Virus record (IMG/VR): IMGVR_UViG_3300048599_000763
Coordinates: 1 to 25,637 of that record
Direction: 5' to 3' (one strand)
Length of the DNA stretch: 25,637 nt
DNA from: a virus
Taxonomy: Duplodnaviria > Caudoviricetes
Shown one piece after another: positions 15,672-23,742 of the stretch. Under the pieces are notes generated by a model. The model saw only the letters and a list, made by a program, of their open reading frames with translations, was not told where the DNA came from and did not search any database. The translations under genes and the position numbers were made by a program. Within the stretch, counting starts at the first letter, position 1; each line of letters opens with the position of its first letter.

Positions 15672-16904
15672 CTACCGCCGACCGACGATCACGGTGTCGA
15701 TGTCAGCACGAATGGGAGCACCGCCCGCGACGAAGCGATGGACGGGGCCGATTTTGACAAGCACCTTGTCGGAGAGCCTTTTCGAGGCGGCAATTGCCGC
15801 TCTGGCTTCCGCGAGCCGCGAGCCGTCGTGGGATATCCAGAACCGCTTGCGCGCTCCCGTGATCCCCTCACCCGCCTTGAAGGCCGGCCGTTTGCCGGGC
15901 ACCGATAGGTGGACGCGAGCGGTATGAGGCGGGAACCCGTAGCGCCCGACACCCATGATCTGCACCACAGGCCGGCGCACCATCGTCGACCCGTCATAGA
16001 CCGGGTAGCGCTGATAGATACGCAGCGGCGCCGTAGACGGGACGAAGAATGCCCGGTACCGCGTCGGCGTATTCGAGAAGACCGAATAGCCTCGGGTGCC
16101 CGGGACAGTGATGCGCTCGGGCTCGGACTGCACCGCCTGCATGGTCGGGGTCAGCGGCGAGCGCCAAGGCAATCGCGAGGTCGGCGCAATCGTTACAAGC
16201 CGGCGCCACGCGGTCGAGGGAGCGTAGAAGCGGTGCCGGCACGGCCGGCCACTGAACACGCTCTTGCCGGCCGAGCCCTTGAGGTGGAGGCGGAACGTGG
16301 TGCCGATGTTCGACACGCGAGAATCCGTCTCCTGGCCGTCAACAACCCACCGAGCTCGGCGCTTCAGGCGTTGGAGTGCTGAAGATTTGATCGTGAAGGC
16401 GCCGCCCAGGCAGAACCGTCGAGAGTGCAGACGGACGCCAGACCGGCTATTGAGGAACGCCTTGTAAGGGCTTGCGGCTCCGCGATCCGCGATCCTCCAA
16501 ACACGGACCTGCGGCAGCCGGGCGAGCCACGCCTCGCGCTCGGCCTTGGTGAGCGACTTGCCCGAAAAGACTTTTATCGGCGGACGCTCGATCTTGAGCG
16601 CCTCGGCGTCCGCATAACGGGCGTATTCCCGTAGCGCGTAGGCGGTGCCCTTGCGGGCGTGCAGGAGCAGCGACGCATTGATGACCGCGCGCTTGCGCGC
16701 GTCCGTCCAACCTGCCTTCCAGATGTCGACCGAGAACTCGAAGCCGAGATGCGGGAGGAACCCCGAGGGGGTTTTTAGCGGCCGCTTCAGTAGGTCGATC
16801 GGCGCGGGAATTTCCTGCACCCGCCGCCCCACAGACGCCAAGACGCGCTCGAGCGGACTGCTGTTCCCTTCGGGCAGCAGGTGGTCGGCATATTCGAGTG
16901 CCAC
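15672..16904 (-). CDS. P2 gpI-like baseplate wedge protein with long basic C-terminal extension
   Basis: N-terminal 'LLPEGNSSPLERVL', 'FLPHLGFEFSVDIW' and 'LHARKGTAYAL' are gpI motifs. 410 aa. Confidence 0.88.
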   Translation of the reverse strand: MALEYADHLLPEGNSSPLERVLASVGRRVQEIPAPIDLLKRPLKTPSGFLPHLGFEFSVDIWKAGWTDARKRAVINASLLLHARKGTAYALREYARYADAEALKIERPPIKVFSGKSLTKAEREAWLARLPQVRVWRIADRGAASPYKAFLNSRSGVRLHSRRFCLGGAFTIKSSALQRLKRRARWVVDGQETDSRVSNIGTTFRLHLKGSAGKSVFSGRPCRHRFYAPSTAWRRLVTIAPTSRLPWRSPLTPTMQAVQSEPERITVPGTRGYSVFSNTPTRYRAFFVPSTAPLRIYQRYPVYDGSTMVRRPVVQIMGVGRYGFPPHTARVHLSVPGKRPAFKAGEGITGARKRFWISHDGSRLAEARAAIAASKRLSDKVLVKIGPVHRFVAGGAPIRADIDTVIVGRR

Positions 16905-16908
16905 GGCG

Positions 16909-17805
16909 CTATTCGCTGATATTGACGTTGACCACCACGCCGGTCAGGCGGGGGATCTGGTATTGCGCCGGCACGACGTTGGCGGTCGGGGCCTGAAGTT
17001 CGACGCCCTCGACGCCGCCAACGGCGCCGGCGGTGATCAGGCCGGACCGGAATACGGTCGCCCCGATCCGGCAGCGGCTGGCGCCATAAACCGTGATCGC
17101 CTCGATGGCCTTGGCGCGCAGAAGGTTTGCGTCCGGTCCGCGCGGCACCGTGATCGCTTCCTCGACCGCGTAGTCGATGCGCTCCGCCCGGCGGACCATG
17201 ACGGCATCCGTCAGCGGAACCGTGTCCTCGCGCGCGAAGCGGTCGACGAGTTTTGCCAGAACGGCGTCGCTCAGGTCGGCGCCGGCCTCGCCGGCGACCA
17301 CCACGATGACTTCGCCGTCACGCGGGCTGTACGCCCAGGCGTCGGCCACGGAGCCGTCGATCGTCAGGGCATGGAAGATGTAGGCTCCGCGCGGTCCGGC
17401 CACCGAAAAAGCTTCCGGGGCGAGTTGGATGCGCCTGCGCAGCCGCTCGTCGCTTTCCATAACGCCGCTTGCGATTTCCATGCGCACCACTCCGAACAGG
17501 GCGCCCAGGTGATCGAGGTCGGTACCGGTCGCATAGGCCAGCAGCACCGCGCGCGCCTTGTCGTTGACCAGCGCCCGCAGCAGCGTCTCGCGATACGCAT
17601 ACGCCTGGAGCAGGATTGTCATCGGCTCGGTTTCGAGGCCGAGCGTGTCGAGCACTGGGAGGTCGGGACGACCAACCCTGATTTCTGCCCACCGCGCCAG
17701 GATCCACGCCTTCTGGGAGGCAAGGATCGCCTCGGCGTCGATCTCCTCGATCAGCTTCGCCGACGCGAGCAGCGAGAGGTCCGGCGCCAGGAACCGGGAC
17801 GACAT
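16909..17805 (-). CDS. Baseplate J protein (P2 gpJ-like)
   Basis: ATG at 17805, 298 aa. Motifs 'AYRETLLRALVND', 'LAYATGTDLDHLGA' and 'ESDERLRRRIQLAPEAFSVAGPRGAY'. Confidence 0.95.
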   Translation of the reverse strand: MSSRFLAPDLSLLASAKLIEEIDAEAILASQKAWILARWAEIRVGRPDLPVLDTLGLETEPMTILLQAYAYRETLLRALVNDKARAVLLAYATGTDLDHLGALFGVVRMEIASGVMESDERLRRRIQLAPEAFSVAGPRGAYIFHALTIDGSVADAWAYSPRDGEVIVVVAGEAGADLSDAVLAKLVDRFAREDTVPLTDAVMVRRAERIDYAVEEAITVPRGPDANLLRAKAIEAITVYGASRCRIGATVFRSGLITAGAVGGVEGVELQAPTANVVPAQYQIPRLTGVVVNVNISE

Positions 17806-17832
17806 GGGCAAACTCCAAGCGGGAGGCGCTGC

Positions 17833-18228
17833 CTACTCGAACAGCGGGATTGTCAGGGTCCGCACGTCTTCGGGCGTGAAGTCGCCCAGGTGCCCGCGCG
17901 GCATGTAGATGCCGACGATCTCGATCTTAAGCTTGCCGACCCGAAGTTCCTCGGCGCTGCCGGCCGGCACGAGCTTCGTGATCTTGAAGTTCGGCATCCG
18001 GGGCAGGCCGTTCGGGTCGATGATCTCCATGGCGGTGATGATCGCCATGAAGAACCGGACCACCGTCGCTTCGGTATAACTCTCGCCGAGCAGGTGGGGG
18101 ACGTTTGAGCCCCACCACATCCGCAGGATGCGCTCACCATAGCTGGTGGTGAATATCCGCATGATATGGTCGCAGACGCGCGGCCACCCGTCGAGGAAGC
18201 CGCCTTTGTCAGGGTTCATACCCGCCAT
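17833..18228 (-). CDS. Baseplate W / gp25-like protein
   Basis: 131 aa, 'MAGMN...G...HIMRIFTTSYGERILRMWWGSNVPHLL'. Lies between V and J. Confidence 0.88.
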   Translation of the reverse strand: MAGMNPDKGGFLDGWPRVCDHIMRIFTTSYGERILRMWWGSNVPHLLGESYTEATVVRFFMAIITAMEIIDPNGLPRMPNFKITKLVPAGSAEELRVGKLKIEIVGIYMPRGHLGDFTPEDVRTLTIPLFE

Positions 18229-18237
18229 TGTAAAACG

Positions 18238-18987
18238 TCATGCCCCGCCGCCGTCACCACCGGCCGCAGCGGCAGCGGCCATCGCCGCCTGCACCTGTGC
18301 CTCGATGTCTTTGGCCTTCTCGTCCATCTGGCCGGGTGGCTCGGCGAACACGTCTTCGCATTCGAGTAAGCCCTGGATGATCACCTTCTTTTGCGCGGTC
18401 GGCTTGCCGAGATAGGTCTTGCCGTCGGTCTCGATACGAGATGCAGTAGCCCTGATCTTTCCACCTTCGACCAGGAGCGCCGATCCGCCGACCACGGAGG
18501 TGATCTTGCTGGTGTCCATCGTCAGCGTTGACCCACCGACCTCAAACTTAATTTCCTGCGTCGAGTTGAACTCGATCTTCTCCGACGTGTCGATCTTCAG
18601 CACACCATCCTTCAGTGTGAGCTTGAACTTGGGATGCGTGATCACCACCGCGTCGGGATCATCGGACGGGGGCGGATGCTGGTTGCTCCAAAACAGCGAA
18701 GTCGCCACCCCCTGCTGGAAATCGCCGGCTGGCGACAACAGGGTCAGTTGCTCGCCCTCCTTCGGGACGCGGTGCACGTTGAGGCCCTGCGGCCCGCCAT
18801 TTGGCGACACATAGGGGATCCAGGGTGACAGAAACGGATCGGTATCCTGGCCGCCGACCCGCATGCGTACGAACCAGCGTCCGTCGATCTTCTTTCGCTC
18901 GGTGACCGGGCCGTGGCGGAACAGGTTGTCGATCTTGCGCTCGACCTCGGCAATGCGGGTCAAGGCCTCGAGCAATTCCATCGACAT
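18238..18987 (-). CDS. Baseplate spike protein (P2 gpV-like)
   Basis: Probable ATG at 18987, 249 aa. Motifs 'RKIDNLFRHGPV', 'SPWIP' and 'PKEGEQLTLLSPAGD', followed by beta-helix-like repeats. Confidence 0.88.
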   Translation of the reverse strand: MSMELLEALTRIAEVERKIDNLFRHGPVTERKKIDGRWFVRMRVGGQDTDPFLSPWIPYVSPNGGPQGLNVHRVPKEGEQLTLLSPAGDFQQGVATSLFWSNQHPPPSDDPDAVVITHPKFKLTLKDGVLKIDTSEKIEFNSTQEIKFEVGGSTLTMDTSKITSVVGGSALLVEGGKIRATASRIETDGKTYLGKPTAQKKVIIQGLLECEDVFAEPPGQMDEKAKDIEAQVQAAMAAAAAAGGDGGGA

Positions 18988-18994
18988 GGTGGCG

Positions 18995-19780
18995 TCACGG
19001 CTCCGGGGCAATCACCAGCGTGCCGCCGGCATTGGTCGGGGACACGTCGATCTCGACAATCCGGGCCGCTTCGCCCGGTTCGGCGTCGTCCTCGGGCGCC
19101 AGGCCAATGCCGCGGATGCCTGCCTGCGTCAGTCCGAGAGCGGCTTGAGCCTGCTGCCAGTCCGGGACGCTCGTGCCGGCGATCAATTGCCGCCAGTAGC
19201 GGGCGAGGTCGGAGAGCTCCGGATCCGCCGCCATGGTGGCGAGGAAATCGACCCACACCCCCTCGGGCTCGGCGCCCGGGACAGGGTCGGCGACCGTCTC
19301 CACTTTATATATAGCGCGCAGCAGCGCCTGGCGGCGGCCCTTGTCGGCGATCGCGCCCCGGTCCCATTCAGTAAAGTCTTGATTTGGTGCCCGAAACCAC
19401 AGCCGGCGGAACAGTTCTGGCCAGGCAGACTGGTCGGCGAGCAGGACCTTCTCCACCTCATAGGCGAGGCTGCGCAGATAGATCTCATTGCCCTCGTCGG
19501 AGGCAGGAATCCGGATCTCGGTCTCGCCGGCGTCGACCGTCACGGCCTTCGCGACAAACATGTCGACCGACAGGTCGACGACCTGTTTGGCGCCGAAGAG
19601 GTCTCGTCCTTCGACGTCACGCTTGCCGGTGTCGCAGGAGATGACGATGACCGGCGCCCCTTGGTCGCGCAGGGCATCGAAGGGCTCGACTGCACTGTCG
19701 AAGACGGCGTCGCCGACTGAGGTTTGGCTTTTCAGCGCGCGCACTGCGGCGATCTTGATGGCCGCGACCGCCAGGCTCAT
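18995..19780 (-). CDS. Putative tail completion/terminator protein
   Basis: 261 aa with an ATGA overlap with the upstream gene. Lies between head-tail joining and spike genes. Function is inferred from synteny only. Confidence 0.55.
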   Translation of the reverse strand: MSLAVAAIKIAAVRALKSQTSVGDAVFDSAVEPFDALRDQGAPVIVISCDTGKRDVEGRDLFGAKQVVDLSVDMFVAKAVTVDAGETEIRIPASDEGNEIYLRSLAYEVEKVLLADQSAWPELFRRLWFRAPNQDFTEWDRGAIADKGRRQALLRAIYKVETVADPVPGAEPEGVWVDFLATMAADPELSDLARYWRQLIAGTSVPDWQQAQAALGLTQAGIRGIGLAPEDDAEPGEAARIVEIDVSPTNAGGTLVIAPEP

Positions 19781-20169
19781 GGCACCCTCACCAGGGACAA
19801 TAGTACGCGTGCGACGCCGTCGCTTTCGACGACCGTAATCTCGAAGGTCGGTGCGCCGGGCCGATCGAGCGCGATTGCGAGATCGCCAACCTTTGGCAGT
19901 TCGCTTCCGAGCCGCGAACGATCGATGCTCGCGATCGTGTCCGCCATGACGAATGCGCGGTCGAAATCGCGGCCGGCTGCATTTGCGGTTGCGTGAATGC
20001 GGCTGGGTGTTTCAGTGATGATCGCGGGAAGCTCACGTTGCGCGCGGTTCGGGTCGAATGCCGCCGCCGTATAGCCGCCGATTAACATCGGCACGAGGCG
20101 GATCGTCTCGGCGAAGACGCGGTCGAGCTGAGGCTGCCGAGCAGCCCAAGAATTGGCAAAATGGGACAT
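19777..20169 (-). CDS. Putative head-tail joining protein (lambda FII-like)
   Basis: 130 aa, beta-rich, with 'PKVGDL...FEITVVESDG'. It is the first core gene after the capsid gene. Confidence 0.62.
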   Translation of the reverse strand: MSHFANSWAARQPQLDRVFAETIRLVPMLIGGYTAAAFDPNRAQRELPAIITETPSRIHATANAAGRDFDRAFVMADTIASIDRSRLGSELPKVGDLAIALDRPGAPTFEITVVESDGVARVLLSLVRVP

Positions 20170-20201
20170 TTGTCGTCAGTGCCTGGAGCGATCTCGCCGG
20201 A

Positions 20202-20942
20202 CTATTTCTGGGGGGCTGCAGCCGCAAAAGTGTTGCAGACAGCAACTGTGCCAATCTTGAATCCGGCAGCAAACCATAGCTTGCGTTGCTCAAGCGAGCC
20301 TGACGCGGTCGGAGGGACTGGAAGTTTGTCGCGCCAAGCCGACGCCGCCTCCAATGCTCCCTCAATTTTGGCTGGTTCGACAATTGCGTCGCTGTGGATG
20401 CGGTTCACTTCGTGTGCCCAAAGCCCGGCGAAACAGTCGGCTTGCAGTTCTACCAGTTCCTGAATGAAATTCGAGGCAGACTCCGGCAATGCCCGCTGGC
20501 GTGCTTGTACTTTGGGCAGAATCCCAAGGAGGTTCTGTACGTGGTGTCCAACTTCGCGTGTGATCACAAAAGCCCGAGCAAGATCGCAGTCGAAGGCGCC
20601 TTCGCAGTCGGAAAAGAAAGTTGGATCAAGATAAATCTTCTTGTCGGCCAGACAGTAGAACGGGCCCCTTTCCTTCTGGGCGGCGCTATCGCATCCCGTC
20701 TTAGTCAATCCGCTATACAGCACGAGCACAGGCTTCTCGTACTGCTGACCGTTTTTTTCGAAAACATCCGTCCATATTTGCTCAGTGCTGCCGAGAATCC
20801 TCGACGCGAAATCATTTATCGTATCTGTGGGCACATGAAATTTGAACGTCGGGAGCACAATTGCAGCCGCAGTCACAATGACACCGGCCGCGGCGGCAGA
20901 AATCAGCCCTGCAACGAATATTGCCATTCGCTTCTTGCGCAT
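20202..20942 (-). CDS. YpfJ-like neutral zinc metallopeptidase homologue with degenerate active site (accessory)
   Basis: N-terminal TM. Motifs 'LGSTEQIWTDVF', 'GPFYCLADKKIYLD', 'REVGHHVQNLLGI', 'ELQADCFAG', 'EQRKLWF' and 'CNTF'. Lower GC than the flanks. Confidence 0.88.
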   Translation of the reverse strand: MRKKRMAIFVAGLISAAAAGVIVTAAAIVLPTFKFHVPTDTINDFASRILGSTEQIWTDVFEKNGQQYEKPVLVLYSGLTKTGCDSAAQKERGPFYCLADKKIYLDPTFFSDCEGAFDCDLARAFVITREVGHHVQNLLGILPKVQARQRALPESASNFIQELVELQADCFAGLWAHEVNRIHSDAIVEPAKIEGALEAASAWRDKLPVPPTASGSLEQRKLWFAAGFKIGTVAVCNTFAAAAPQK

Positions 20943-21093
20943 GCTGCCCGAGTTCTCAGCTCAACATCGGCTGCGATCACAACGAATCTAACCGGGTCTT
21001 GTGATTCGCATAAGAGCCGATGCAATAGCCGGGCTCAGGATGCCTGAACGCTACCGGCTGACGCGCCGTATTCAGAAAGACCAAAATGTCGTT

Positions 21094-21330
21094 TCATTTT
21101 GGTCGTCGCTTATTACCCAACATGCATTGTTGGGAGATCCCCCAGCGTCGCCTACGCGACTGCGTATCGGTGCCGGGCGAAATCGCTTGTGCTTTTGCGT
21201 CGCAGATCGCCTGCTTGCTGGCGTTGTCCTTCGCATCCGTAGGGACAGTCAACACGGTCACGGCAGCCAGAAAAGTTCCGCCAATTATCAGCCAAACCCG
21301 CGCCGAAATTCGCAATCCACGCCAGCGCAT
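21094..21330 (-). CDS. Small secreted/periplasmic protein with a Cys pair (accessory)
   Basis: 78 aa from the ATG at 21330 with RBS CGGAGG. Basic N-terminus, hydrophobic core, possible cleavage after TDA, and C-x25-C in the mature part. Confidence 0.65.
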   Translation of the reverse strand: MRWRGLRISARVWLIIGGTFLAAVTVLTVPTDAKDNASKQAICDAKAQAISPGTDTQSRRRRWGISQQCMLGNKRRPK

Positions 21331-21461
21331 TGGGGCCTCCGATTTGCACCGACATTCCCCAGATAAGCCCTGGAACGGCGCAGATGATAGCAGCCGGATA
21401 TGTTCCCAGGAAGCCAAAGTCAGGCTGTGTACATGGCGAGTCAGTCGCAGCCACTTCTGGC

Positions 21462-22487
21462 TCAGTGGTGCACGCCCTTGATCAACGCGCGCGGCCGCAG
21501 ACAGAGCGACAGCGGATTGGTCTGCATTTCCAGGCGCACGGACTTGTTGTTGTCCGACGGGATCGCCTTGGCGTAGCGCGGCAGCCCGAGCGTGTTGACC
21601 GTCTCGATGTAGTCCGCAGGCGCAAAGAACGTCTTGAACAGATTCGGCGTGCCGAGCGGGAAGAAGTGAGCCTCATTGGCATCGATGAACGGGGTCACGG
21701 TGTCGCCCGCGTCCGTGCCGCCACCGATCCAGCCACGATAGTTCTCGAAGGTAATGCCGCCATACTTGAGCGTCGAGAAGACCACGCCTTCGCGAAGCCG
21801 GACACCCTCCTGGTAACGGTAAGTGTCGCGCACCTCCGCGTGCTCGATCAGATCGTCCCAGAACGTATCGCCGCAGAGCGCGTAGACGCTGCTGAACGCC
21901 ACCCCACCGAGTGTCTGCGACATGGTGCGCACGAGCTGGCTGCACTTTTTGCGCACCGCCGTGCTGGCATTGTTGAGCGCGAAGCTGACTGGCGTCACCG
22001 CCGTGACCCCGAACTCCGAATAGAGGTCGTAGATGGTATTGCCATCGCGGTCGACGATCAGGCCCTTGATGGCACCGACCCGCTGGAACTCGGTCGTGAC
22101 GTCGAGTTGGGATGTGAACATCTCCATGCGACCGGCGAGGTAGGTCTCGACCGAACGCGGCTGCATCTGCGGACCGAACTCGCGGACGTTCTGGACCTCT
22201 TCGGCCAGCACGTTGTCGTCGAGCTGATAGTGCGGGACTTTCAGCACCCGCGCCCGCCGCAGTGGCTTGGGGCGGGTTTCTCCGGGGCCGCCGCGCGGGG
22301 TCGGGTTGACCAGCGTCAGCATGCCGGCCTGCTCCTCGAGCGCGATCGAGGTCGTCGGCACCGGCGCCTCGGTAAACAGCCCGAGTGACCCAAGCCGTCC
22401 GGGGACGAACGGGATCTTGTTGATGCTGTCGGTCAGCGTGACGAAGCTGAAGGCGTCATTGCTGAAGACGTCGAGAATGGGCTGCAT
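21462..22487 (-). CDS. Major capsid protein (lambda gpE family)
   Basis: 341 aa with 'LTDSINKIPFVPGRLGSLGLF', 'TTEFQRVGAIKG', 'FAPADYIETVNTLGLPRY' and 'QTNPLSLCLRP'. Confidence 0.95.
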   Translation of the reverse strand: MQPILDVFSNDAFSFVTLTDSINKIPFVPGRLGSLGLFTEAPVPTTSIALEEQAGMLTLVNPTPRGGPGETRPKPLRRARVLKVPHYQLDDNVLAEEVQNVREFGPQMQPRSVETYLAGRMEMFTSQLDVTTEFQRVGAIKGLIVDRDGNTIYDLYSEFGVTAVTPVSFALNNASTAVRKKCSQLVRTMSQTLGGVAFSSVYALCGDTFWDDLIEHAEVRDTYRYQEGVRLREGVVFSTLKYGGITFENYRGWIGGGTDAGDTVTPFIDANEAHFFPLGTPNLFKTFFAPADYIETVNTLGLPRYAKAIPSDNNKSVRLEMQTNPLSLCLRPRALIKGVHH

Positions 22488-22545
22488 GACTGAAAATTCC
22501 TGTCAGGAGGGAATTGTGGAAGTGGAGGTATCTGCGGCCGCGCGC

Positions 22546-23217
22546 TCAGCGCACGACGATGCCGGCAGCGCGAAGCTGGGCCCACTTGGCGGATTTCTTG
22601 GCGTCGTCATCGACGCTCGCGTCGTAATAGAGGCCGTGTCGATTGACCTCGGCGTGCCGAGCGATGGCGACAGCCGACACATCGGCGCTGGTGGCGTCGA
22701 CGTCCCCAACCAGGACCGCAACGGCAACGTCAGAGCCGTCGGTTGCCGTCACCGGTGAAGCGACGAACTTGTTGCTGGCCGCAGCCTGGGTCACGGCGAT
22801 GTCGAATGCGTCACCCGCCACGAAGTCGGTCGCGCCGTCAGCGATCGTGAACTTGACGGGTCCAGCAAAGGGCGATCCGACGGCCACCTCTCCGACCTCG
22901 ACGCCGTCGGGGTCCTCGACCCGGAACGAGCCGCCGTTCTCCGCGGTGGCATTACACACCACGGTGTAGGTGCCGCTTTTGACGCCGGTCCCGGTCTTCG
23001 GCGTGGCGAGGGTCATCGCGCCATTGCCGGTATTGCCGGCGCGTGCGGTGGCGGCAGCGTCGTATGCGCCGTCTGCCACCCGTTTGCCGAGAATCGTTCC
23101 GGGGAGCAGCCGACCGGCGCCGGAGGCGACCACGACAATGTCGCGGGACAGACGGCCCTCGTCATCTTCCGACAGGATGAAGTTGCCGGGATGGGGGGTC
23201 TCGTTGAGGACGGTCAT
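22546..23217 (-). CDS. Head decoration protein (lambda gpD-like) with internal insertion
   Basis: ATG at 23217 (RBS CAGGAG), 223 aa. Motifs 'LSRDIVVVASG...LLPGTILGK', 'DGSDVAVAVL', 'ARHAEVN' and 'LRAAGIVVR'. Confidence 0.9.
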   Translation of the reverse strand: MTVLNETPHPGNFILSEDDEGRLSRDIVVVASGAGRLLPGTILGKRVADGAYDAAATARAGNTGNGAMTLATPKTGTGVKSGTYTVVCNATAENGGSFRVEDPDGVEVGEVAVGSPFAGPVKFTIADGATDFVAGDAFDIAVTQAAASNKFVASPVTATDGSDVAVAVLVGDVDATSADVSAVAIARHAEVNRHGLYYDASVDDDAKKSAKWAQLRAAGIVVR

Positions 23218-23282
23218 ACAGGTCTCCTGTTCGCCCGAGCGGTCCCCCGCGGGCGTTGCTTGGCTCAAAACGAATTGGGGAA

Positions 23283-23732
23283 TCAGGCGTGCGACGCCCG
23301 CGATACGGCGGCGCGGCGGCGGGCATAGATGTCTTCGGTGCTGATCACTCGCACCGGCGTGTCGGCCCGGTCGTCGCCGGCGCCGAGCTTCGGCTGCGCC
23401 TCCCGCAGCATGACTTCGTCGAGGCCGCCCTTGGCGGCGGGTGACTTGGAGAGCGCCGAGAGCACGACATCGGTCGGGAAATCGGTCTCGAAGGCGAAGT
23501 ACTGGGCGAGGTTCTCCCGTCCCTTGGCACTTTCGCTCATGAGGATCGACTTGATCCGCTCGCGTTCCAGTATGCTGCCCTGACGCGCCCCCTCCATCAC
23601 GCCGGTCGAGCGAGCCTCTCCCAATTGGATCGCAATATCATTGCCCGCCTGGACCGGTGTTGCCGGATCGCGTGCGGTCATGGCAGCAGTCTCGGCCACC
23701 TCACCGGCGGCCGCGAGGATAACGTCTCGCAT
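23283..23732 (-). CDS. Putative capsid scaffolding protein (lambda Nu3-like)
   Basis: 149 aa with RBS AAGGAG. The motif 'ERERIKSILMSESAKGRENLAQYFA' resembles Nu3. Lies between protease and decoration genes. Confidence 0.75.
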   Translation of the reverse strand: MRDVILAAAGEVAETAAMTARDPATPVQAGNDIAIQLGEARSTGVMEGARQGSILERERIKSILMSESAKGRENLAQYFAFETDFPTDVVLSALSKSPAAKGGLDEVMLREAQPKLGAGDDRADTPVRVISTEDIYARRRAAVSRASHA

Positions 23733-23742
23733 CTCAGTCTCC

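Noticed and set aside
13217-15757. 846-aa + strand ORF, and similar long + ORFs at 9519-10991, 16645-18108, 21330-22388 and 23803-24816
   Set aside because: These are antisense shadows of well-supported - strand genes, expected in GC-rich DNA. They show no recognisable motifs.
2688-18987. Tailocin or extracellular contractile injection system
   Set aside because: Intact-looking portal, protease, scaffold and capsid genes are contiguous with the tail genes, which indicates a phage.
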